Source: Candidatus Fraserbacteria bacterium (GTDB taxonomy: Bacteria; Bipolaricaulota; Bipolaricaulia; RBG-16-55-9; JANLFV01). Taken from it: a DNA stretch of 64,000 nucleotides. The position numbers were made by a program, and so were the translations under genes. Numbering within the stretch: position 1 is the first letter of the stretch; each line of letters begins with the position of its first letter. Below, piece by piece: positions 25,188 to 33,174 of the stretch. A model generated the notes under the pieces. The model had not been told where the DNA came from, did no database searches, and saw only the letters and a list, made by a program, of their open reading frames with translations. The stretch covers positions 27,156 through 91,155 of the forward strand of contig JBBIJD010000001.1 in NCBI GenBank assembly GCA_037446135.1, given 5' to 3'.

Positions 25188-25709
25188 TCAATCGGTGGTG
25201 ATGGTGTAGGTCAGGGTCACATGGTAGTCTCCCGGCCTATGATGCTCGCGGTCGAAGAGGATGAGGTAGTCCACCTCCACCTTTTGGCGCCCGCTCGGGC
25301 CATGAGCGATGACCTGATCGGAGTTGCTGACCGGGCGATAGGACTCGCTCCCCACGCGGAGCTGGAAGTCGCTGAGCGGCTTGGTGTAGCGGCCGTCATA
25401 GCTCCTTCCGAGGTCGGGCTCGGCGGCCCGGACCGCCAGCCTCCAGTGGACATTGCTGGCGGCGATGAGGGTGAGCGCCCTAGGGATCTCGCGGTAGCCC
25501 CGCTCCAGGTCCGCTTCGCTCGGCTGAGGGAGCACAAATGTCGTCGTGACGGCCTGGTCGGTCTGGCCCTCGAGTGAGAGGCGGGCGAAAGGGAGGACAG
25601 TCCAAGAGATCGTCGTCCTAGCGGAGTCACCTGTCCCTAGAGCCTGGGCACTGAGGAATAACGAGAGACCGAGAAGAAGCAAGCCGGAGATGACCGCTCT
25701 TCTTGCCAT
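25188..25709 (-). CDS. Small secreted beta-rich protein, paralog C
   Basis: 173 aa. Signal peptide MARRAVISGLLLLGLSLFLSAQA. C-terminal PGDYHVTLTYTITTD. Preceded by tandem GEMM-like riboswitch motifs. Confidence 0.8.
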   Translation of the reverse strand: MARRAVISGLLLLGLSLFLSAQALGTGDSARTTISWTVLPFARLSLEGQTDQAVTTTFVLPQPSEADLERGYREIPRALTLIAASNVHWRLAVRAAEPDLGRSYDGRYTKPLSDFQLRVGSESYRPVSNSDQVIAHGPSGRQKVEVDYLILFDREHHRPGDYHVTLTYTITTD

Positions 25710-25710
25710 C

Positions 25711-25790
25711 CTTCGGCAGCCCGGCGATCCCCGAGGGACCCGTAGCTTTGCGCCCCCACCTTGCGATGGGTTTGCCCTTATCGGGATGCG
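25711..25790 (-). promoter_or_regulatory. GEMM-like (c-di-GMP-I class) riboswitch motif, gene-proximal copy of a tandem pair
   Basis: RNA sense: AAGGGCAAACCC-[AUC GCAA GGU]-GGGGGCGCAAAGCUACGGG...GGGCUGCCGAAGG-AUG. The P1 stem CCCAUC/GGUGGG differs from the other copies (CCCGCC/GGCGGG and CCCAUG/CAUGGG) by compensatory changes, and all three loops are GNRA-type (GCAA, GAGA, GCGA). Confidence 0.7.
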
Positions 25791-25801
25791 TCCCTTCCTC
25801 G

Positions 25802-25905
25802 CCCTTCGGCAGCCCGGCTGCCCTTCACCTCCTTCCCCAATCAGCCAGTGTTAGGGCCCGTGGCTTTGCGCCCCCGCCTCTCGGCGGGTTTGCCCTTATC
25901 GGAGC
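25802..25905 (-). promoter_or_regulatory. GEMM-like (c-di-GMP-I class) riboswitch motif, distal copy of the tandem pair
   Basis: RNA sense: CCGAUAAGGGCAAACCC-[GCC GAGA GGC]-GGGGGCGCAAAGCCACGGGCCC...GGGCAGCCGGGCUGCCGAAGGG. Lies immediately downstream of the promoter at 25916-25945. Confidence 0.7.
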
Positions 25906-25915
25906 TCAGCGAAGG

Positions 25916-25945
25916 TATTATACACCGAGTGAGCGGGCTTGACAA
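25916..25945 (-). promoter_or_regulatory. Near-consensus sigma70 promoter (minus strand TTGTCA-17 nt-TATAAT) for the tandem riboswitch-paralog C transcript
   Basis: Minus-strand reading: ggcTTGTCAagcccgctcactcggtgTATAATacc. Overlaps the 3' end of the HD-GYP gene. Confidence 0.6.
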
Positions 25946-27471
25946 GCCCCTTCGGGCGGGGAAGGTCCTTTCGGGCTCAGATCCAGATTGTATCCCCTCT
26001 CGAAGAGCCGGAGGCAGGCCTCGCCAGCTTGGGGGTCGTAGAGCCGCCCCTTGTGCTTGGCGATCTCTCCCAAGGCCTCCTCGATGGCATGGGCCGGGCG
26101 GTAGGGCCGGTGAGAGGCCACCGCCTCCACCACATCGGCCACCGCTAGAATTCGGGCCTCGAGCATGATCTCTTCCCCCTTGAGCCCCCGGGGGTAGCCC
26201 GAGCCGTCGAGCCGCTCGTGGTGCTGGAGGACGATCTCAGCCACCGGCCAGGGGAAGTCGATCTGCCTCAAGACCTCATAGCCGGCCTGGGGATGGACCC
26301 GCACCAGCCCCAACTCGGCCGGATTGAGCCTCCCCGGCTTGCTCAGGATCTCCGCGGGGATATAGATCTTCCCGATGTCGTGGACCTGAGCGGCCATCCT
26401 GAGCCCGGCGATCCGGTCCTGAGGGAGGCCCATCTCCTGGGCGATCGCGCAGGCCAGCTCCGCCACCCGCCGCTGGTGCCCCGCGGTGTAGGGGTCCCGG
26501 ACCTCGACGGTGGTGGCGAGGACATCGACCATCTGCTCCAGGAGCCGCTCCAGCCGCTCATGACTCTCCCGGAGGGCCTCAAACAGCCGGAGGTTCTCCA
26601 AGGCCACAGCGGTGGCATTGGCCAAAGCCTCGAGGAGCTGGCAGTCCTCGGAGGTGAAGGCATTCAACTCCTGGCTCTCGGCGTTGAGGGCCCCGAGGAC
26701 CCGCTCCCCCGCCTTCAAGGGGACGCAGAGCTCAGAGCGGTTGGCGAACCGCCCCCCGACGAACCGTGGGTCCTTGGTCACATCCGGGAGGAGGATCATC
26801 TCCCCAGAGCGGGCCACGGCGGGGATGATCCCCCGCTCGCTAGCGAGGGGGAACTCCTCCGGGCCGGGGGGCCGTCCAAGAGTGTGGGCGACACAGATGA
26901 GCCGCTCGGCCTTCTCGTCCACTAGGAAGAGGCCGCAGTCCTCGAGCCCGAGGACCTCCCGGGCCGCCTCCACCGCCGCTTGGGCGATCTCCTCCTCGCT
27001 CCGGGAGAGGATCAACCTTCGGCCCAGGGCGTAGATCCCGGCCAGGCCCCGCTCGAGCCGCTTCCGCTCGGTGATGTCCCTCAGGATCGTCTGGAGGCCG
27101 ACGACCTTCCCCGCCTGCCTGATCGGGTTGCTCCGGTAGTCCGCGATCCTCGGCCCCTTGGGGGTGGTGAGCTCGATCTCCCCTTGGATCGGCTCCCCTC
27201 GGCTTATCCGGGCGAGCTCCTCGAGCAGCCGGGGATGGTAGCGCTCGGGGACGAACTCGAGCATATTCTTCCCGACCAGGTCCTCCTTGCGGAAGCCATA
27301 TTCTGCAGCGGCCCGGTTCACGGCCGTCACATTCCCTTCAAGGTCGAAGGTGACAATGACATCCCTAGCGTCCTCGAAGAGCTCGCGATAGGCCCCTTCC
27401 GCCCGCTCAAGCTCAGCCACCCGCAGCCGGAGCTGCTCGAGCTCTAACCCCTCTCGTGCCTCCGGTCTCAA
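25918..27471 (-). CDS. PAS-GAF-HD-GYP protein (c-di-GMP phosphodiesterase, HD-GYP class)
   Basis: 517 aa. HD motif (VHDIGKI) and HHERLDGSGYP (the GYP signature). N-terminal PAS and GAF regions. Confidence 0.9.
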   Translation of the reverse strand: MRPEAREGLELEQLRLRVAELERAEGAYRELFEDARDVIVTFDLEGNVTAVNRAAAEYGFRKEDLVGKNMLEFVPERYHPRLLEELARISRGEPIQGEIELTTPKGPRIADYRSNPIRQAGKVVGLQTILRDITERKRLERGLAGIYALGRRLILSRSEEEIAQAAVEAAREVLGLEDCGLFLVDEKAERLICVAHTLGRPPGPEEFPLASERGIIPAVARSGEMILLPDVTKDPRFVGGRFANRSELCVPLKAGERVLGALNAESQELNAFTSEDCQLLEALANATAVALENLRLFEALRESHERLERLLEQMVDVLATTVEVRDPYTAGHQRRVAELACAIAQEMGLPQDRIAGLRMAAQVHDIGKIYIPAEILSKPGRLNPAELGLVRVHPQAGYEVLRQIDFPWPVAEIVLQHHERLDGSGYPRGLKGEEIMLEARILAVADVVEAVASHRPYRPAHAIEEALGEIAKHKGRLYDPQAGEACLRLFERGYNLDLSPKGPSPPEGACQARSLGV

Positions 27472-27702
27472 ATCTCCCCTCCCTCTATGGTATTTCAGTC
27501 CAGTTTATCAGATCGAGGGTCAAAGGTCAATCGACCAGCCGGAGGGACAAAAGGGAATCAGACGAGGCCCTCAGGCCAGGCCGGGGTGGGGCTCGGGCTC
27601 AGTCAGTTCAGTCAGCCGGCCTCGCCCTTCAATTTATCCACCCCCGGCCCAAGAGCAGCAGTCCCGGCACCCCGCCGGCAGGGGCTACCTCTATCTGCCC
27701 TT

Positions 27703-28371
27703 TTAAGGGCTGGGACTGGGACAAGGGACGAAGCAGGCCGCCCCGCCGAAGCTCACCATCCCGCCGATCGAGATCTCGAGGGCCGAGAGGGCCCCATTCC
27801 CGTCACAGACGCCGTCGTAAGCCCCGTCCCCGTCGACATCGAGCCAGCAGAGCGAGTTCGGCATCACCTCATACTTCAGCTCGGCGAAGATCGAGAACGG
27901 CCCGGTGGTGACCCGGAAGCCCGCCAGCTCATGGAGAGAGAGGAGCATCCCCGGACCGTAGGGGTTCCCCAGAGCGGTGAATGCCTCATAGGGGAAGGTG
28001 CCGATTCCTCCGCCGAGATAGAATCTTGCCATCCCCCGGTTGAGGAAGAGCAAGAGGCTGCTCTCGACGGAGGTGAGGTCGGCCCGGAGTAGGGCCGCGC
28101 TCAAGTAGAAGGCCACTCCCAGCCTAGCGGCCAGATCGAGGGTCAGCGGAGCCTCGGCGTAGAGGTGGATGAAAGTGAGGGCCGTAGTGAGCGTGAGTGG
28201 CGGCATGGTGATCAGCGGGAGAGAGAGGGCCAGCCCGAAGGCCGGAGAGGGGGCCGACGGGGGGGTCGCGGGCTGAGTCTGGGCCAACCCCACAAGGCTG
28301 CCGACCAGTAAAAGGACCAGCACCAGGAGCGCAGTTAAAGCCAGCTTCATCTTCTTGAACCTCCCTTCCAA
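27703..28371 (-). CDS. Secreted hypothetical protein with Ca-binding DxDxDG-type motif
   Basis: 222 aa in the track. The true start may be the internal Met of MKLALTALLVLVLLLVGSLVGLAQT (signal peptide). DVDGDGAYDGVCDGNG near the C-terminus is a thrombospondin-3/dockerin-like calcium loop. Confidence 0.5.
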   Translation of the reverse strand: MEGRFKKMKLALTALLVLVLLLVGSLVGLAQTQPATPPSAPSPAFGLALSLPLITMPPLTLTTALTFIHLYAEAPLTLDLAARLGVAFYLSAALLRADLTSVESSLLLFLNRGMARFYLGGGIGTFPYEAFTALGNPYGPGMLLSLHELAGFRVTTGPFSIFAELKYEVMPNSLCWLDVDGDGAYDGVCDGNGALSALEISIGGMVSFGGAACFVPCPSPSP

Positions 28372-28475
28372 TTCCAGCTCCTTATAGCCCCCCCGCCGGA
28401 GGGCTGGAAGGAAGGTGGTTTCGGATGCAGGTGATCTCTGTCAGTGAGCTAGGTCACTCGAGGCTCTCGAGCAAG

Positions 28476-29783
28476 TCAGAGGAGCCGCTGGAGGGCCTCC
28501 GCTAGGGTCGGGCGGCCGATCTCTTGGAGCTCATAGCGGACGCGGACGGCCGGGGCCTCAAATTCGATGAGCCGGCGGAGGTCGATCGGGGTTCCGATGA
28601 TCACCACCTCCGGTGAGGCCCGGCGGATCGTCTCCTCTAGCTCCTTGATCTGCTCTTTCCCGTAACCCATCGCCGGGAGGACCTGCTCCGCTTGGGGATA
28701 CTTCGTGAGGGTCTCGGCGAGCGAGCCGACCGCGAATGGCCGGGGATCAATCAACTCCCGCGCCCCGAATCGCTCCGCGGCCAGCCGCCCGGCGCCGAAG
28801 CTCATCCCGCCATGAGTGAGCGTCGGCCCATCCTCGATGACCAAGGCCCGCTTCCCTCGGATCAGCTCGGGCGCCTCGACCGAGATCGGCGAGGCCGCCT
28901 CGATGATCATCGCCCCAGGATTGACTTTCCGGACATTCTCCCGGACCCGCTGGACCTGCTCTTCAGCGGCGGTATCGACCTTATTGATCACCACCACATC
29001 CGCCGCGCGGATGTTGACCGAGCCGGGCCAAAAGGTCAGCTCATGGCCAGCACGGAGGGGATCAGCGACGGTGATCCACAGGTCCGGGCTGTAGAAGGGG
29101 AAGTCATTGTTTCCCCCATCCCAGAGGATGATATCCGCCTCGCGCTCCGCTTCGCGGAGGATCCGTTCGTAATCGACCCCGGCGAAGACGACATTCCCAT
29201 GATCGAGGTGGGGCTCATATTCTTCCCGCTCCTCGATCGTGCAGTTATGCCGGTCCAGGTCGGCATAGCTGGCGAACCGCTGGACCGCCTGCTTCGCTAG
29301 GTCCCCGTAGGGCATGGGATGGCGGACGATCGCCAGCCTCTTCCCTTTGGCACGGAGGAGCTCGCTCACCCTCCGGGTGGTCTGGCTCTTCCCGCAGCCG
29401 GTCCGAACGGCCGTGATCGCCACTACCGGCTTTTTGGCCTTGAGCATCGTCGAGTCTGGGCCGAGCAGGAGGAAGTCGGCCCCCGCGGCCTGGGCGATGG
29501 CCGCTCGCTCCATCACATGCTGGTGGGAGACATCGCTGTAGGCGAAGACGACCTGCTGGACCTTCTGCTCTTTGATCAATTCCGGGAGGCGCTCCTCCGG
29601 CTCGATCGGGATCCCCTCAGGGTAGAGCGGGCCCGCCAGCTCCGGAGGATACCTCCTCCCGGAGATGTTGGGGATCTGGGTCGCAGTGAAGGCCACGACC
29701 CTATAATCGGGGTTCTCGCGGAAATAGACATTGAAGTTGTGGAAGTCTCTCCCGGCTGCGCCCATGATGATCGCGCGCTTCAC
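28476..29783 (-). CDS. P-loop NTPase-domain protein resembling the cyclic 2,3-diphosphoglycerate synthetase (cPGS) family
   Basis: 435 aa. Walker A-like TGCGKS. Overall length and pattern recall archaeal cPGS-like proteins. Assignment is from memory and needs an HMM search. Confidence 0.5.
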   Translation of the reverse strand: MKRAIIMGAAGRDFHNFNVYFRENPDYRVVAFTATQIPNISGRRYPPELAGPLYPEGIPIEPEERLPELIKEQKVQQVVFAYSDVSHQHVMERAAIAQAAGADFLLLGPDSTMLKAKKPVVAITAVRTGCGKSQTTRRVSELLRAKGKRLAIVRHPMPYGDLAKQAVQRFASYADLDRHNCTIEEREEYEPHLDHGNVVFAGVDYERILREAEREADIILWDGGNNDFPFYSPDLWITVADPLRAGHELTFWPGSVNIRAADVVVINKVDTAAEEQVQRVRENVRKVNPGAMIIEAASPISVEAPELIRGKRALVIEDGPTLTHGGMSFGAGRLAAERFGARELIDPRPFAVGSLAETLTKYPQAEQVLPAMGYGKEQIKELEETIRRASPEVVIIGTPIDLRRLIEFEAPAVRVRYELQEIGRPTLAEALQRLL

Positions 29784-29972
29784 TTAAGGACCACGCTCCT
29801 TGCTTGGCTTGCCCGGCCTGGCTCGGGCTTGGCTAGCGCCCGAGATGATAGGGGAAGCACAAAGGCCGGTCAAGCCGAGCTGAGCTAAGCTAAGCGAGCC
29901 AGGCAGTCGGTCCGTCCGACCCTTGTGAGGCCCACTGTGGGCCTATATACTTAGGGAGAGCGAGGTGGAGGA

Positions 29973-30527
29973 TTGAACAAGAGCAAGCGCGGCCTCTTTC
30001 TCGGGCGATTCCAGCCCTACCATAACGGCCACCATGCGGTCATAGAGAAGATTGCTAAGGAGGTCGATGAGCTGATCATCGGGATCGGGAGCGCCCAGTG
30101 GAGCCACTCCTTCGATAACCCCTTCACCGCCGGTGAGCGGGTCTTGATGGTCCGCCGGGCGATCAAGCACCTCCCGATCGTCACTTATGTCCTGCCGATC
30201 GAGGACATCCAGCGGAACTCCCTCTATGTGGCCCACATCAAGACGATCTGTCCGCCATTCTCGGTGGTCTATTCCAATAATCCCCTGATCCGGCGGCTCT
30301 TCGAGGAGGAGGGGATCGAGGTTCGCCGGACAGAGATGGTCGAACGGGAGCTCTATTGGGGTGTGGAGATCCGGCGGAGGATGGTCAACGGCGAGCCCTG
30401 GGAGGAGTTAGTCCCCCCCGCGGTCGTGGAGGTCATCTCTGAGATCGACGGGCTGGCGCGGCTCCGGCAGGTGACCTCGACTGACACGACCGTTCCCCAG
30501 GACCTCCGGGATAAGGGGTCGAGCTAG
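29973..30527 (+). CDS. nadM: Nicotinamide-nucleotide adenylyltransferase, archaeal type (NadM family)
   Basis: 184 aa. TTG start with [23 protein letters not shown] is the (H/T)xGH nucleotidyltransferase motif in its archaeal NMNAT context. Confidence 0.85.
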   Translation: MNKSKRGLFLGRFQPYHNGHHAVIEKIAKEVDELIIGIGSAQWSHSFDNPFTAGERVLMVRRAIKHLPIVTYVLPIEDIQRNSLYVAHIKTICPPFSVVYSNNPLIRRLFEEEGIEVRRTEMVERELYWGVEIRRRMVNGEPWEELVPPAVVEVISEIDGLARLRQVTSTDTTVPQDLRDKGSS

Positions 30528-30537
30528 CTCAGTCAGG

Positions 30538-31038
30538 ATGGGCTTGGAAGAGAAGGTCGGGGCGCTCCTGCGGGCGAGGGGGCTCACTCTCGCGACGGCC
30601 GAGTCCTGCACCGGCGGACTATTGGGCCACATGATCACGAATGTCCCTGGCAGTTCGGACTATTTCTTAGGAGGTGTAGTGGCCTACTCCAATGCCGCCA
30701 AGGAGCGCCTCCTCGGGGTCCGAGCCGAGACCCTGGCGAAAGAGGGGGCCGTGAGCGCGGCCGTGGCACTGGAGATGGCCCGCGGGGCTCGAAGGCTCTT
30801 CGACTCGGACCTGGCCCTCGCGACCACCGGGATCGCCGGGCCGGGTGGCGGGACGGAGGAGAAGCCGGTCGGCCTGGTCTATATCGCCCTGGTCGCCCCG
30901 ACTCGAGAATTGTGCGAGCGCCATATCTGGCAGGGCGAGCGGGTGGAGAACAAGCGCCGCACAGCGGAGCGGGCCCTGAAGCTCCTCTTAGAGCATTTGA
31001 ATCCTAGCTTGGGTGAGCCTGAGCCAAGGGTAAGATGA
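30538..31038 (+). CDS. pncC: NMN amidohydrolase (CinA C-terminal domain, PncC)
   Basis: 166 aa. [38 protein letters not shown] is the CinA/PncC signature. Confidence 0.9.
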   Translation: MGLEEKVGALLRARGLTLATAESCTGGLLGHMITNVPGSSDYFLGGVVAYSNAAKERLLGVRAETLAKEGAVSAAVALEMARGARRLFDSDLALATTGIAGPGGGTEEKPVGLVYIALVAPTRELCERHIWQGERVENKRRTAERALKLLLEHLNPSLGEPEPRVR

Positions 31039-31802
31039 TTTTGAACCTGCCTCATAACGGGAATGAGAAGCTGAGTGAGCTTGAGCGGCGGATCTCCCAG
31101 CATGAGCCGCTCAAGACCTACTGGTATTGCTCCAATGTCAATGTGATCGACAGGATGGGGATCAACGACCATGGGCCGGTCCATATCAAGATCGTGGCCA
31201 ACCTCGCCCTGAAGATCCTGAGGCTCCTCGCCACTGCCGGGATCGAGCCGAGCGTAGTGAAGCACCACAAGCTCTCGCCCGCCGACGCTGAGGTGATCGT
31301 GGTCCTCGCGGCGGCCTTGCATGACATCGGGCACATCGTCCACCGGGAGAACCATGAGGAGTTCTCGATCGCCCTCGCACCGGGGCTGATTCATGAGCTC
31401 ATCGAGGGGCTCTATGGGCCTCGGGAGATGGCGATCCTGACCGCCGAGGTCTTGCATGCGATCTATGCCCACAAGACCGAGGTCGAGCCCCTGACAGTCG
31501 AGGCCGGGGTCCTGAAGGTCGCCGATGCACTGGACATGGAGCAAGGGCGGGCGAGGATCCCCTTCCAGATCGGGGGGATCACGATCCACTCCGTCTCGGC
31601 GATGGCCATCGACAAGGTCCGGGTCCGTCGGGGGAAGGAGAAGCCGGTCGAGATCCATATCAAGATGTCCAACTCCGCGGGGATCTTCCAATTGGATAAT
31701 CTCTTGAAGCGGAAGCTGGAGCACTCCGGGATCAAGGATCATTTCGAGATCAATGTCGAGATCGGCGCGGAGCGGAAGATTGTGGAGCAGTATCGGCTAT
31801 GA
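31035..31802 (+). CDS. HD-domain metal-dependent phosphohydrolase
   Basis: 255 aa. H...HDIGH motif ([19 protein letters not shown]). Confidence 0.65.
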   Translation: MILNLPHNGNEKLSELERRISQHEPLKTYWYCSNVNVIDRMGINDHGPVHIKIVANLALKILRLLATAGIEPSVVKHHKLSPADAEVIVVLAAALHDIGHIVHRENHEEFSIALAPGLIHELIEGLYGPREMAILTAEVLHAIYAHKTEVEPLTVEAGVLKVADALDMEQGRARIPFQIGGITIHSVSAMAIDKVRVRRGKEKPVEIHIKMSNSAGIFQLDNLLKRKLEHSGIKDHFEINVEIGAERKIVEQYRL

Positions 31803-32107
31803 TCGCGGAATTCAGCATCACCCCCATCGGGAGGGGCGAGAGCCTCTCCGAGGAGATCGCCAGGGTCCTGGATCTGGTGGACAAGAGCGGGCTGGACTAC
31901 CGGCTCACGCCGATGGGGACGATCATCGAGGGGGAGTGGGACGAGGTCTTCGCCCTGATCAAGCGCTGCCATGAGGCAGTGCTCGAGCGGGCGAACCGTG
32001 TCTCCACTTGGGTCCACATCGACGATCGCAAGGGCGTCCCCAAGGACCGGATCCGGCACAAGGTCAAGGCCGTGGAAGAGAGGCTCGGCCGGGAGCTCAA
32101 GAAGTGA
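31799..32107 (+). CDS. MTH1187/YkoF-family protein (DUF77)
   Basis: 102 aa. [50 protein letters not shown] is the typical ferredoxin-like MTH1187 fold signature. Confidence 0.8.
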   Translation: MIAEFSITPIGRGESLSEEIARVLDLVDKSGLDYRLTPMGTIIEGEWDEVFALIKRCHEAVLERANRVSTWVHIDDRKGVPKDRIRHKVKAVEERLGRELKK

Positions 32108-32117
32108 GCCTAGAGCA

Positions 32118-33122
32118 ATGAAGGCGATGGTCCTTCGCCGGCCGAGACCGATCGCGGACCGGCCTTTAGTGCTGGAGGAGGTCCCGCTCCCCGAGCCCGG
32201 GCCGGGGGAGATAAGGCTCCGAGTCCGGGCCTGCGGGGTCTGCCATACCGACCTACATACGGTCGAGGGGGATCTCAAGCTCCCGCGGCTCCCGCTCATC
32301 CCCGGCCACCAGATCGTCGGGGTGGTCGAGAAGCGCGGGGAAGGGGTGGAGCGCTTCAAGTTGGGCCAGCGAGTCGGGGTCCCCTGGCTCAACTGGGCCT
32401 GTGGGGAGTGCGAATTCTGTCGGAAGGGGCTGGAGAACCTCTGTCCCAATGCCAAGTTCACCGGCCTCCATGTGGACGGCGGCTATGCCGAGTATGCCAT
32501 CGTCCCGGAAGCCTTCGCTTATCCCATCCCCGAGGGCTTCTCGGACTCCCAGGCGGCCCCGCTCCTCTGCGCCGGGATCATCGGCTACCGTGCCCTCCGG
32601 TTGAGTGAGGCCAAGGCGAGGGAGCGACTCGGCCTCTTCGGCTTCGGGGCCTCGGCCCATGTGACGATCCAGGTGGCCCGCCACCTAGGGTGTGAGGTCT
32701 ATGTCTTCACTCGGACGAAAGGGCATCAAGAACTGGCACAGAAATTGGGGGCAGCATGGGTCGGCCCGCCCCAGGATGAGCCGCCTCGGCAGCTCGACGG
32801 TGCGATCATCTTCGCCCCAGCAGGTTGGCTCGTCCCGAAGGCATTGCGGGCCCTCCGGCCTGGAGGGACTCTGGCCCTCGCGGGGATCCACATGACCCCG
32901 ATCCCGGAGCTGAGCTATGAGCTCCTTTACGGCGAGCGGACGGTCCGAAGCGTGGCCAACATGACCCGAGAGGATGCGCGAGAACTCCTAGAGCTGGCGG
33001 AGAAGATCCCGATCCAGACCGAGGTCGAGGTCTATCCCCTCGCCGAGGCCAACGAGGTCCTCCTTCGGCTGAAGGAGGGGCGGATTCGCGGCGCGGCGGT
33101 CTTAGATATTGCTCCCCCATAG
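32118..33122 (+). CDS. Zinc-dependent alcohol dehydrogenase (MDR family)
   Basis: Start at MKAMVLRRP. GVCHTDLH, GHQIVGVV, CGECEFCRKGLENLC (structural Zn site), GFGASAHVTIQ. The upstream extension in the ORF track is low-complexity. Confidence 0.9.
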   Translation: MKAMVLRRPRPIADRPLVLEEVPLPEPGPGEIRLRVRACGVCHTDLHTVEGDLKLPRLPLIPGHQIVGVVEKRGEGVERFKLGQRVGVPWLNWACGECEFCRKGLENLCPNAKFTGLHVDGGYAEYAIVPEAFAYPIPEGFSDSQAAPLLCAGIIGYRALRLSEAKARERLGLFGFGASAHVTIQVARHLGCEVYVFTRTKGHQELAQKLGAAWVGPPQDEPPRQLDGAIIFAPAGWLVPKALRALRPGGTLALAGIHMTPIPELSYELLYGERTVRSVANMTREDARELLELAEKIPIQTEVEVYPLAEANEVLLRLKEGRIRGAAVLDIAPP

Positions 33123-33174
33123 GCCTCCGACTATAATGGGGAAGACCCTGCGCGATCGGGAGGTAGAAGAGAAG

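Noticed and set aside
25711-25905. Repeated ~80-nt units that could be mistaken for a CRISPR array or dispersed repeat
   Set aside because: Only two tandem copies plus one distant copy, no regular short spacers and no cas genes. The units differ by compensatory stem changes and match the GEMM riboswitch consensus, so they are cis-regulatory RNAs, not CRISPR repeats.
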